The notes under the pieces: generated by a model
What the model was told of the DNA's origin: nothing
Seen by the model: the letters and a program-made list of their open reading frames with translations, nothing else
Database searches by the model: none
Shown: positions 51,351-64,000 of the stretch, one piece after another
Position numbering within the stretch: position 1 is the first letter of the stretch
Layout: each line of letters starts with the position of its first letter
Made by a program: the position numbers and the translations under genes
DNA from: Auanema rhodensis
Lineage: Eukaryota; Animalia; Nematoda
Length of the DNA stretch: 64,000 nucleotides
Assembly: GCA_964057225.1 (NCBI GenBank)
Contig: OZ059899.1
Span: 16,616,001-16,680,000 of the forward strand
Reading direction: 5' to 3'

Positions 51351-53071
51351 GAATTATAATTTATAATTACGGGTATTTTAAAGATTATTTTATTATTTTT
51401 ATAATTATTATTAAAATATAAATAGTATTATAGATATTCTAAGTATGCAAATGAGCTTTCATATTCATTCATTTTTCTTGATGTAAACGAATTGGCCGGT
51501 TGTGTTTTTTTTTCAAAAAAAAAAATATTATTTTCTTTAATAATATAATTGTATTAATTAAAAATATTTATAGTTACATTTAATTAATTGTTATTTCAAA
51601 GTTAATTAACTTATAATTTACAGATTGCAGTTTAAAAGAAATAAATAAGATTTATTAATTAATTAAAATATAAATATATATTTTCTGTTTTTTTTCTTAT
51701 CAAAATAATTTAGCAAAAGATACTTCGGATATCATTCGAATGTTTTCATTTATTTAAGCTTATCCGATGCAAATTATGCTGAAGTTATCTTTGAGTTGTA
51801 TATTGATTGGGATATGCTACCTTCTCTCCATAAAGTGCTCAACATACATACATATTACAAATCTATTTGTGGGCATAATGATTTGCACGTGTATTATTCA
51901 AATGAATTAACCAATTATTTTACAAAACACTGCTTTTCTTGTTGTTTTGTAGGTTGATCACATCATTTAAGATGTTTAATAATCTGATTCAGAAACTGTC
52001 AGATTCATCTGACAGACGCTTCACACACGATCCGCGTCCTGCTTCCACAAATCAAAGTGAGTTTGTTTGCTGTAATCATTTGAAATTTGAAAAAAATAGT
52101 CATTTATTCAGAGTCATTGATCACATTCATAAGCTTCTACTGTTTTCAAGTTTATATCTGTGCCTTCAAAAGTATTGCTTCCATTTCAATTTGATGGTGA
52201 AAGTTGACATCTGGTCATTCCCTCTCCAACGACCAACAACACCATATTCTTGTTGTTTTATGATCTTCCTTTCCACACATTCTAAAAGTTCCGGTTGCAA
52301 ATCCTCTTCAAGCCCAGCATGTGTAGGAAAGAGCCAGATATCCATCGCAAAGAAGACCTAAACACTCAAACGCGTGTTCTTACTCCGAATGCATAAGTTC
52401 TAAACTCAGGTTTCATGTCAAGTCTTTCTGAATTATCAGCGTCTTCTAAGTTTATGAACTAGTAAGCAGTGTGATACATCGATATTGAAACCTATGAGTT
52501 CTATTTGTTGAGATGCATCTTCATATGTCTTCATAAGCCATAATCAAAACTCTTTTCATCATCATTTTTGATATATTATAAATGTGTTGATGGAAGTGAC
52601 AACTTCCATTAGATTACAAATGTCTAATTCGACAAAATATTTCTTTCCTCTTTATTCGATTACCGTTTTTCTTTCTCGTAACGCACTTCTCAATCAGAAG
52701 AAGCACATTGCGATCACAAACAAACAAACAGTATTCGTGCTTCTGCTCTCTTATGTCTTTCTCTTCTAAATTTCTTCTCCGTTCTATTCTATTTTGCCTT
52801 TAGTGATGACCAATCTTTAGCAGATCTTTACCTTAGACATGCGAACCTATGTCATTCTATCTCAAGTATTTCTTGTCTTCGATTCAGAAATAATGTTGTA
52901 CAGCATTCTATTCTTAAGAATAATGTTTTCTATTTTTGTATTATTGAATAATCGAAACTATTCTCAATCTATATGGTTAAAAGCTTCGAATCCTCTAATC
53001 CTCCGTTTACAACTTTCCCTCCAATTTTTTTACGTCATTTGAATTTCAAAGATTTTCAGGAATAGATTGGA

Positions 53072-53825
53072 ATGTCGGATGAAGACGATTCTTTGCAAAC
53101 ATTATTTGATATGTCTACAGAAGATCTTCGTTCCTTGTTGACGATATTGAAACCAGGCCTGGAAGAGAAGCAACTAAACACGAATGATATTGCCATTTTA
53201 CGATCAAAAGTATAATCATTTGTGTTCCCTAATTTACTAATAACTATAATTCTAGGTAACCGAATGGTTGCTCATGAACGGTCTCTCAACACTTCATCGC
53301 TTCGCCAAAGAAAATGGAAAATGGCTAATTCCTTTAGCTAAATCAGCGTGTGATTCATGTCGTAAATTTCAAAAGGAGCACAAATGTGAATCTTAGCAGT
53401 AAACATACGATAAATCAAAAAAATTTGAAAAGTTTAGATACCCCTTCAATTGTTCACCCAGTTATCAACAGGGAAACATTCGTCACATTAGATATAAAGA
53501 GTGATACGCCAGAAAATGATGATAAAGAAGACAAGTGAGTCACATTTACTTGTGACCTATACAAGTAGCAATAGATTTATTTTTTTTTCAATCATTCTTA
53601 GCTTTTAAAATCAGAATTATTCAAAACTCACGTGAACGCTTCTTTCACAATTTTATCTGATGCGTAGCGGTTGCATGTTAATACATTAATTTTCTTATAT
53701 TTTTCAGTGTATCTTCACCGTGTTACCAGTCGGTCACAGAATGTTTGACCGCTTTTGGAAATTGTTTATCCTGCCCAGTAATAAATCTCTTCTCCTCCTG
53801 TAGAAACTGTTGTGGCTCTCAGTAA
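53072..53825 (+). CDS. Small uncharacterised protein; helical (SAP/LEM-like?) N-terminus and Cys-rich C-terminus
   Basis: TTTTCAG acceptor 12 nt before the ATG; MSDEDDSLQTLFDMSTEDLRSLL...LRSKVTEWLLMNGLSTLHRF; last exon CYQSVTECLTAFGNCLSCPVINLFSSCRNCCGSQ*. Confidence 0.6.
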
Positions 53826-54568
53826 AAAAAAATCGGCTATTGTGCACATTTTTGTTCGTGGAGTAGCTACTCTGTACGGGTTATTGTCAAATAAATAAAC
53901 TTCGTCCTCTGGTCTTTTCTTCAATTAATATCAACGTATTTTTGTTTTGGGCGAATACCTGCTTCATATCATTTTAAACTTAGTTAAAATACGTTATTCA
54001 TGTAAATGTTACCATATTCCTAATTTTTCTATTTTTTTACAATCTGTAATGGTAACTGATTGAGGTATAAAATTAAAATTATAATTTTTGCTGAATTTGT
54101 ATACTAATTAGACAAATTTTGTAACAATAGAAAGCACACTAGCAAAAACTATTTTGAGAAAAGAAAAGACACTTATTTTGAAATTAAAACTAACTAAGAA
54201 AACATTTAGAAACCTATTATTCCCAACAATGGTTACTCGATACATTTTGCTCCGAAACATGGAGTGAAGCTCTTTCCAGGCCAGCTTTATACTACAAACC
54301 GTCAAGTTTTAAGAAGAATTATTTCTCATTTATTCAACAGAAAATATATATAAAAAAGTGATCTACGCATTACGTATCGAATCCATCTTTTTAGGCTGAC
54401 GCAACATTTATTTGGTGATATTTATAAACATTTGTGACGTAGTCATGCTTCCGTGAAATAATAATCTTGGTATTCAAATGCTTTTTTTTCTAACTCTGGT
54501 GAAGCTATATCCCAGAAGCATTTTTTTTCGAATTAATATATTATATTTATTTGCATCTTTTTCAGAAA

Positions 54569-55099
54569 ATGAGCTCCTTTAGATCCTTTATATGGGATCC
54601 AGTTTTATTAGTTAGTCAAATGGGTGCTATTCAAACAGCATTTTATACAATTGAATGTGTTTGTATGCTGGCATACAGCACCTTTACATTGTATGAACCT
54701 TCTGTTAGCCATATATTCTCTTTACAGGTTAGTATAATAACACTTCCTATGATTCGATAATTTTTAGCCAATGAGAACGATGGCACTAATTCAATTAATT
54801 GGAAGTGTATCGTGCGCTTTTGCTCTTTCTATTGTTGTTCAAAGAGCTAAACAATGTTTAGATTTTGCCTGCACTCTACATTTCTTTCATCTTTTGTAAG
54901 ATTATCAACTTTATTTGAGTTAGTTTATTATTCCAGATTTTGTGTTATATTCAATTTCGCGATACCAACCTCCATTTTTTGGTGGCTGTTGCAGATAGGA
55001 TCTGTTGTAATATGCACAGTTCTCGGAGAATATTTGTGTATGATCTATGAATCTAAAGATATCAAGCTTGGAGGTGGACCCTCAAAATATGATGTGTAA
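54569..55099 (+). CDS. SYS1: SYS1 Golgi trafficking protein
   Basis: FRSFIWDPVLLVSQ, VQRAKQCLDFACTLHFFHL, LGEYLCM..ESKDI; TTTTTCAG just before the ATG. Confidence 0.93.
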
Positions 55100-55336
55100 T
55101 ATGATTTCTATGTTATAAGCAAGTACGGGTATAGCAATTTGTGCATAGCATAAAAGATTTTTTTATTAATTATAAAGTACACCATATAAATATTATAATG
55201 AAACATAATCTTTTGAAACCAATAAAAGTTGAAATAAATACTGTAAGAAACTCTTGAGAGAAGAAACTGAAGAATCATTCATGTTGCTAGTTTCCGGAAA
55301 TCACAGATATAACTATCATCAATAAATATATTAGAC

Positions 55337-57051
55337 TCAAAGGGCTTTAAGTTGGGCGAGTAAACTAGCAAGATCTTTCTTAGCAGCATCAGCATCAGCA
55401 GGAGGTATCTCCTAAATATAAAATTTTCCTGAGATAACATAAGAGATTAAACTAACAATATTTTCTTCTACTACTTCTTGTTTTGGAACTTCATAAGCAA
55501 ATTTAAGCCCTTTTCCAACTGTGGTAACGGTTTCTTCGATTGCAGATTCATCAACGAGTTCTAAAAATATACTATTTTGTAAAATATATACGAGGCTGGA
55601 CTCACGAATTCCCCATTCGTTACTTTCATGGACAACAGCATCCTCTTCAACAACAGGTTGATTGGGAACTTCATCCTTCTTTTTAATCTAAACCAAAAAA
55701 TGATTCCTGTTCTGAATATTCAAATTATGACTTACAGCATACTCTGCTTGTCTTTTACGACAATGATTATCATCACAATGTGGATTTGGGAGCATCTCCT
55801 CTCTGGGGAAGAAATCGACAAGTGCATTATATCCTACATACATTGAAACTTCACCAAAGTTTAAAAGGTATCTATTAGTCAAACATATGAAATATCATAA
55901 GGTGTAGGAACTCACTTCAAGGAATTTTGAACTAGAAAACCAGCAACTATGGCCATAGTAGTGGGAAGAGAAGCAGCACATACTCCTTCTCTTTTTAATG
56001 TTTTTTCACTTGTTCCTTCTGCTACTACCAATGGTGGAAGACACTTAAATAGTATATATGGAAAAATTTATATTGAATTAAAGCTGTTACAGCGAAACAA
56101 GCGGTTCTTCCTGGCTCCAAATATTGAATATGGCCAGATATGGCATTTTCGCTTACACCGGATTCCATCCAAACTTGGTTCTCTTCGTTACAAGCCTAAA
56201 ATTAAAACGCAAAACAAATATTGATATTATATTATCAAAGAAACAAAAACAGATAAAACAAAATTTCTTACTGTATTAACAGCCATTCTCGCTTCAAAAT
56301 TATCCACACAACTTAATACCAAGTCAACTTTGCCGTTAGTCAAGGATCCATGCCTTTAAAAAAACAAAATTATTCTGTACAAGATAAAAATAACCTTAAT
56401 TCCTTACCTCATCCTATCAATAAACTTATTGAAGTTGTCAAGGGTAGTAATGTTAAAGTTATGAATTTCAAATTCCACATCAGGATTGATGTGCCTGAAT
56501 GTTATTGATGACAACGAGTGAAAATAATAAATTTTACTGTAAAGTATCTCTAGCAGCTTCAACTTTACTCAAACCCGATTGATGAGGTTGGTAAAATAAT
56601 CTGTTCATATTAGCCAATTCTACTTTGTCATAGTCAAAAAGAATAATTTTTCCTACAGCACATCTGGTTAGCATTTCAGCAACAACACTACCAACTCCTA
56701 AATAAAGTTTATTTTTTATTTGTTTTCAATTAACAGCGACTACTAAACCTCCTACACCAACAACAGCTACAGTTTTTTCCCTAATTTTCTCATAATCTTT
56801 AACAACACCCATTTTCTTGAGAGCCATCAAACGACTGTACGGGTTAGAATCAACAACCTGAAATATTAAGCCTTAACTGTTTTAAGCAACCTAATTCAAA
56901 CCTCTGCACTCATTTCGGCAATCTTTGGTCGAGACAGTGGAACTTGAGACATGCTTTGATCTGAACTTTGTGAAATATTACTTTGTACTTCTTTAGTAAG
57001 TGTTTGTATTTTGACACGAAGCTCATCAATTTCTTTTATAGGAGAACTCAT
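55337..57051 (-). CDS. uba-5: UFM1-activating enzyme UBA5
   Basis: [83 protein letters not shown]. Confidence 0.97.
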
Positions 57052-59020
57052 CTTAAATTTACAGACTTAAAGGACTATTATGTAGGTACATACAAATGAA
57101 CAACTAAAGATTATCAAAAATTAAACAAGAAAAGTTTAAATCTTGATCAAAATAACTATAGAACTAGCGACAAATTATTAATAACTATGCGAAAATCCTT
57201 TTGTTTTAACAAATAATAATCAATCAATTGCTTTATTTTTTTTATATAACTAACATATTTTTTTATCAAACAAAGAAAAACAATAATGGTGATAAGAAGC
57301 AGCTAAAATTAGTCAAAAACATATCCAAAAGTTCGCAATTGCCGTCTGAGTTGGAGGTCCTTCCACCAGGGCGAAATTTTAACCATGGAGCAGCGGTGCC
57401 GGTCCTTTAATTCTTGGTTTAATCTGCATGCCCCGTGTAATGTCCTAATTTCTGCAGCACTTCGTTAAACATTCTATCTTTTTTTAGATTGCTTGGTATT
57501 TGTGACTTATTTATAAAAAATGAGGCAATTTTTGCAAAGCTTGTGTAATAATGCTTTAACTTAAAGCGTCATATGTTCTTTGGCCAGTGGGCCTATAATT
57601 AGTTCTATGTGTGATTATGATGTTTGCTCCTCGTCTCTATCTTGTTATTTTACAAACTTCGTGAATTTTTTTGTTGCGATACAGTTATTCCCCCCTTTTT
57701 CTTTTAACTTTCTGCTTATCTCACTTTTTTTCTATTGTAAATTGGTGCCCAAATCTTCAATTCCCAATCAGTGGTAATTGACCATTTGTCTATCAATCAC
57801 TTCTTTTCTCGTTCTTGTCTTTATCTTTTGTTATATGTGATAACGCCTATGTCATATTGAATTTTGCATTTGTAGAACACGCTGAGTCTCCTTACTCGAT
57901 ACAACATGCTCGTCAAGCCTATGTTGGCGTTTCCTCATATTCAGCCGATTGCTCAGAGCGCCTCTTCAATACATACTTCACATTCAACGGCAAATAAAGA
58001 CAGAGGTTTGTAACGCTTTTTATTCATTTTGATCAATTTCTGATTATCCCTCAAATACTTGTTTACGATTTGATAAATAATGGAGAAGAAGTGTATCCAT
58101 TAGCATTTTAATATAGCATTCCTTATTCGGGCTTCCTATTAATTTGGCCTAATGGTGTGTTATCACGCAAACTCCTGGATTATCTTTGCAGCTTAGGCGT
58201 TTACTATGGATTTATGTCTACTATATAAGGTGGAAGTAGCATTTTCGAATGAAATATACTAAGTTGTGATGTAAAATTATCACCATATGTATATAGTAGT
58301 CAGTTCAGCCTGAGATATTGCCCGATATCTTGCTTTCACTATGCACCTAATGCATAATGTCATGGTGAAGATGCATCTGTAATACGGCCATCTGACCTCC
58401 TGTGACCGGTTGACCTTAACATAATGAGAGTCTATGTGTAGCTCTGCCACAGCCTCCTGCGTCCCACAAACCCATAAATTCTATTCACTTTTTTTGATAT
58501 ATTCTCGCATATCTTTTTATTGTCTAATATTGTTTGAACAGGAGACTTTATCTTCTGTTTCATATATATGAATATATAAAGTTTTTGTTAGTCGAGTGAT
58601 CTGAACACAACCGCATTCTGAAAAAATAAATCAAAAATGAAAGCTAGTGTTTTCCATTAGTTCATAGCATGTCTATTGCGGCGTGTTGGATGCCACGCCA
58701 TCATAGATTTTCTTTATGTTTGTAGATATTTTCGCCTGATTAAATGACTCGTCCCTCTTCAGAAATCTGAAATCATCGTTCGCTTCATCTACCCACAAAT
58801 TATTTCGCGTTAATATTTTGGTACTTTGAAATTTCACGAAATTTTATCAACGCAATAAATTGTCGAAGGATCATTTCCAGTTCCTATTTAGCTCTGTAAA
58901 TCTGTGTATGAGACAATTTATATATTTTATTATTGTTTTGTTATTTTTTGTTCCCAAGGGGTGATATTTTCAAATCACATCTGATTTTAGATATCAATTT
59001 TTGTTTTTATAGCTATCAAT

Positions 59021-59838
59021 ATGCCTTCTTGTCGCCCAATTGTTCTTTCTGGACCATCTGGTGGAGGAAAATCAACTATCCTTAATCGTGCTATGAAGGA
59101 GTATCCAAACAGTTTTGCATTTTCTGTTTCGCGTACGTTTTTTTCATTCTTTCAATGTTTCCAAATTATGTTTTAGATACTACTAGGAACCCAAGAGAGG
59201 GAGAGGAAAATGGGGTTCATTACTATTTCACTGATCGTGAAAATATGGATAAGATGATATCCAATGGCGAATTTTTGGAACATGCCACCTTCGGAGGGAA
59301 CACATACGGAACAAGGCTCGTTTTTTTCTATTACAAATTTGTTATCATTGTTTTTTTGTAGCAAGAAAGCCGTAGCTGATATTGAACAATCTGGAAAAAT
59401 TTGTGTTTTGGATATTGAGTTGCAAGGAGTACGCTCAATCAAGGCTACACATTTGGATGCTCTCTATGTTTTAATCAGAGCTCCTTCTATTGAAGCTCTG
59501 GTATGTTTTCATAACTTTATTTTTTAATCTTAGTTTATTTTTAGGAAAAACGCTTGAGAGCCAGGAACACAGAAACGGAAGAATCTTTGTCTAAACGTTT
59601 AAAGCATGCTCAGGAAGATTTAGACGCAGGTTCGTTTCTTCTTACAATAAAATGATAAAGTTATATGAATGTTCACAAATATTAGTAAGCACAATGGTTG
59701 CTTTTCTAAAAATCTAATATTTCAGTCGCCAGCGATCCTACTCTCTTTCATCACGTTATTGTTAACGATGATCTCAATACTGCCTATACTCAGTTTGTAG
59801 AAGCTATCAAGGATGAACTTTTAAAAACAAATCAATAA
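59021..59838 (+). CDS. guk-1: Guanylate kinase
   Basis: P-loop [35 protein letters not shown] (via a GC-AG intron), LDIELQG. Confidence 0.97.
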
Positions 59839-60322
59839 GTTATTCGTATAATGTTTTCGAACTCATTTATGTTTTTTTTTGTGTCCATCTCTCTTTTTTT
59901 TCTCATTTTTCTGTTAAAAAATCTTATTATTGGGTTCAATTGAGTATGATTCCATATCTTGTCACACTCTTTATAATTTTTTTTCGCTTTTATTATGGCA
60001 CGCCCCGGTAACTGTTGAAGTTGTGCGATTTCACTATTATTTTCTATTGCTGTTCATGCTAAAAAATATTTGAATGTTCAGAAAATTTCCTTAATTGTAC
60101 GCACTTTATTTCAATTTGGGCATTCTGTTACGCTTTATCTCAACGTTAGTTTGAATGTGTGATGTAAAACAATGGTAACTATAGCTATCCATTCTAATAA
60201 TTCTGAAGTTAATAATAAAGAATTCTTTTTAGCCTGTTCTTTACTTGTATGAGGATATTTCCGATTTCATCGTTTCTTGCTCTTACTTATAATATATAAG
60301 CAGTCTAGCCTGTTTTTCGAAG

Positions 60323-62483
60323 ATGGCAAAAGTTGTTCATTCGCGCCTTCCTCCATTACCTGCTTTGCGGGATTTCATAAACATGTATCGGCTTAAAGCA
60401 AGAAAAATTTTATCCCAGAATTACATAATGGACATGAATGTTAATCGAAAGGTTAGGAGCTTATGAGAAAGAGAAAGTATTTCATGTTCGAAACTAACAA
60501 TAATGTGATAAGCCGTTTTTTCTTGATGATTTATAGATTGTTCGATCAGCAAATGTTAAAGTAGGGGACTGGGCTTGTGAAATTGGACCTGGACCCGGTG
60601 GTATCACAAGAGCCATCTTAGAGGCTGGGGTTTCGCGTCTTGATGTCGTTGAGATTGATCATCGATTCATTCCACCTCTTCAGGTTAGTACCTTCAATTG
60701 TTTTATTTGATCTTCTTGCTGTGATCACCATATCTATTCAATGGCATCACGAAGTAGTTCATCTAGACAAGTTATTCTCATTAGATTTTGAGTTCAAGTA
60801 TTCTTGAAAATGGCCTTTCGTAAGAAGGACATTCTTGACATTTCAATTTCTTTTTGTTATCAACATATCATCGTTTCGCTTATCAATGGAGGTTTCAAAA
60901 TCATAGAGAGTGATTCTCGCGGAACTGCTATGTGTTCGATAAGGAATAATCAAGTTGAAGCAAGAAATGAATTTCACATGTGTCATTATTCATGTGAAGC
61001 ATCGAAATAAATTACATTAAATCTTAATTTTTTATCAAATCAATTTAAGTTAATCGTATGTAATATTCTTTCAAGGTTGTGAAGATAAAAATTGTTTCTC
61101 GAAAATTGGTGGAGGTGTCATAACTGACACTTATCAATCTTTTTTGCAGCATCTTGCGGAAGCTGCCGATACACGACTACAGATTCATCATTCTGATGTG
61201 TTAAAAACTGACATTGGTCAAATATGGAAGAATGCTGAAAAGGGACCAGTTAAAAAACTTTGGCATGAAGATGAACCTGATTATCACTTAATTGGCAACT
61301 TGCCATTCAACATAGCTTCACCTCTTATCATAAAGTAAGATAAATAGAAGCACGTGTTTTTATGATGTAGAGGTGATATAATGCAACCAATTTTAGGTTT
61401 TTACGGGACATGTCTTATCGTAGGGGGCCATGGGAATTTGGTCGTGTTCCTTTGACACTCACTTTTCAACTAGAAGTAGCTCAAAGAATATGCAGTCCAA
61501 TTGCCTGTGATACGCGCTCAAGAATATCAATCATGTCTCAATATGTTGCCGAACCTAAACTAGTTTTCAAAATTCCGGGTTTGTCTCGATCATTGTTATA
61601 GCAAATCTGAGCTCTCCTGTTTATTTGATATATTCAGCTAGATAATTTTTAGTGTTTAGGTAGTTGTTTTGTCCCAAAACCAGAAGTTGATGTAGGTGTA
61701 GTAAGATTTGTCCCACGTGCTACACCGTTAATAAGCTCTTCCTTTGAGGTATGAAAAACTTGGAGGAAACTGATTTAAAACTTATCTTTAGGTTGTAGAG
61801 AAGTTGTGCCGCCAAATATTTCACTACAGGCAAAAGCACCTTATCAAAGGAATAAAAACATTATATCCTCCAGAGGTAATTTGATCGAAAACAATAATTA
61901 CGTATAATTCCCAGCTTATTTTGAATTTCAAGAGTAATGCTCAGATTTGACGATTCTGAAAGTATTAATTAAATATTTATTATTATTCTATGAACACAAC
62001 CACCAATTTGTTCGTCAAAACAAGAAATGAATAACATTCTCGTTATACACTGAGAATTTTTTCTAATTATTCGAAATAAATTAAAATCTTTTTTTTTCCT
62101 TTTTGTAGGAAATAATTTTTATTTTGTTTCAAATCTCAGATTGCTCATGACATGGCTCATTCATTACTTTCGAAAACTGGAATTGATCCAACAACTACTT
62201 CCATTCGAATTGGCTTAGAGCAGTTCGCTGTCTTGGCAGAAGAGTATGAGAAACAATGTATTGAGTAAGTTTCGTAATTTAATTCATTATAAAGTATATA
62301 TAAACATGTATGTTGAATTTCTTTTTCAGTATGCCAGGTCTTTATCTATACGATTATACAAAACCGAAAAAGACGATAGCTATATTAGCTGCTGAGATTA
62401 ATGCTCTTCCTCCAAAGAATCCATATAGAAATGAGCATATTCCCAGTGAAGGTATAAGTCTCTCTGACTTCACGGTATCCTAG
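60323..62483 (+). CDS. tfbm-1: Mitochondrial dimethyladenosine transferase TFB1M
   Basis: RLPPLPALRDFI, LSQNY, EIGPGPGGITR, VEIDHRF, IGNLPFNIASPLII, FQLEVAQR, FVPKPEVDVGVVRF. Confidence 0.96.
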
Positions 62484-63674
62484 AGAAATTTTTCTGATTT
62501 ATTGAACTAAGTTATAATCAGATTTCTTAGTTTGGAAATATTCCTCATAAATTAATATATATTTGAAAAGATTACCCTAACATTATTCTGCTTAAACGTT
62601 CAAATTCAGAATTGATCTTTAATATAGTTCAAAAAACATGTTCCATTTGTAAAAGATTAAGTTCTAGTCAGCTAGAATTCGAGATCTCTTTGTTAAATAT
62701 TATTTTTTAAATTCAAACGATCACTTGTTATAAATATTGTCATGTTTAATATTTATTAATCGTTAGTTGTTATATTATTTTGTTGTTTTTTGTTTTTTTT
62801 TTATTTAAAAGTATTACAAATTACGTTAAGTTTCAAATAAAATAAATAAAGTAAATGTCATCCAGTGTTTGTTCAGTGTGTTACATGCTTCTACGCCAAT
62901 GATTCTATATGTTTTAGCCGAGTTTTTTTTTTTTTTTGAAATACAAGTTTGGGTTTCAGTCTAACAATCCTATGATTATGAAGCATTGTTCATATTTTTT
63001 TGCGGAAAATCAATGAGATCAGTGGGCTTAATGACTTTTTTCTTTTTAATGGCAACTTGAAATAATTGAGTTTTAAAAGTTCTGTCTATCATAGTAATCG
63101 TTTAGATGGTGTTTGAAGAAATTTCTTCAACATTTGTTTGAATTAAATATTTTAATTCGGCAGACACCATAACTTTTCCAGAAATCCCTTTTATGATTTT
63201 TTTTATTCTGAAAAATTAACTATTAAGTGATACTCAACATATTTGTTTCATTAAAAGTTTGAAAGTATTTCATCCTTTAACTGTTTATTATATAATATAT
63301 TTAATTCCTTTTGGAATGGTTTATGTAAAACTAGAATTGTAAATCGATTTAGTCATATTTAATCCAAAATCCATGTTTAAACTCTTTTCTTATTTTTTAC
63401 TCACATTCTTTTATATTTTGAAAAAATGAATTAATATTCTTTTATATTTTATAATATTTTATATTTTTTATATCAGCAACGCAATAAAACTATAGTTCTA
63501 CTATACATATAGCAACTTTTATATAATGATAGTTAGTTCTATCTAAGTTCATAATACAGAAAAAAACCAAAAGAGAATATTTTTTGTGTTATTTTTATTA
63601 AAATTTACACTTAAAACGCTGAAACTTCTCATGTGAATAATAGCACATTGTCTTCTTATATACATGTAGATCTA

Positions 63675-63713
63675 TCGTTCATTCACATCGTTCATTCACA
63701 TCTATCATTCACT
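63675..63713. repeat. Three copies of a 13-bp unit (ATCGTTCATTCAC)
   Basis: Two perfect copies and one variant copy. Confidence 0.8.
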
Positions 63714-64000
63714 TTTTAAACTTTAATTTTCCTTCCCATTTTAAGCAACTTGAGTGATTGAATACATGATTCTATTCCTTCATATTCAAGCTATCTTATC
63801 AGCTGTTTTAGTTCTATTATATATGATATCATTGGTATAACAGGAATTATTCTGTTGGAAATTTCCATGACAACCGAGTCACTTAGTTACATACATTTTC
63901 TATTTTTCATTTAACTTACTTCAACTTTTCGCTATCTTCATTTCTGTCCAAATTTGTTCATTGTCAAATAGATCCTTAATCTTCTTTTCCCCTTTTAGGA

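Noticed and set aside
57330-57460. GC-rich stretch with GGTTTAA, possible SL or SRP RNA
   Set aside because: No 22-nt SL exon followed by GT and an Sm site; more likely the uba-5 promoter.
58191-58198. GCTTAGGC telomeric 8-mer in the probable guk-1 5'UTR intron
   Set aside because: Too short and in the wrong orientation for a template.

Overview
AT-rich eukaryotic DNA, almost certainly a rhabditid-type nematode. Genes are compact, introns are mostly 40-55 nt, and several ATGs have trans-splice-like acceptors just upstream. Manual splicing supports about 16 genes: the 5' end of polk-1, nth-1, an orphan gene with an internally duplicated Cys/His domain, an aldo-keto reductase (mec-14-like), RRN3/TIF-IA, mmcm-1, a small R-SNARE, ntl-3/CNOT3, a nucleoredoxin-like gene, a WS/DGAT-fold gene, an MMP with a hemopexin domain, a small orphan, SYS1, uba-5, guk-1 and tfbm-1. 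A ~14.6 kb gap with no gene I could support (26.7-41.3 kb) is rich in GA/TC microsatellites. Most unusual signals: (1) nth-1 needs a GA-AG intron and possibly an AT-AA intron, against a background of very relaxed 3' splice sites (many AAG); (2) the orphan tandem putative Zn-binding-domain protein lies head-to-head with an nth-1/polk-1 DNA-repair operon; (3) the ntl-3 3'UTR appears to be spliced; (4) a possible antisense membrane-protein gene is interleaved through the MMP introns; (5) two apparent pseudo-enzymes; (6) a switch from C. elegans chrIII-type to chrI-type genes near 52-54 kb. All gene models were read by eye without searches; coordinates are start-to-stop spans including introns.
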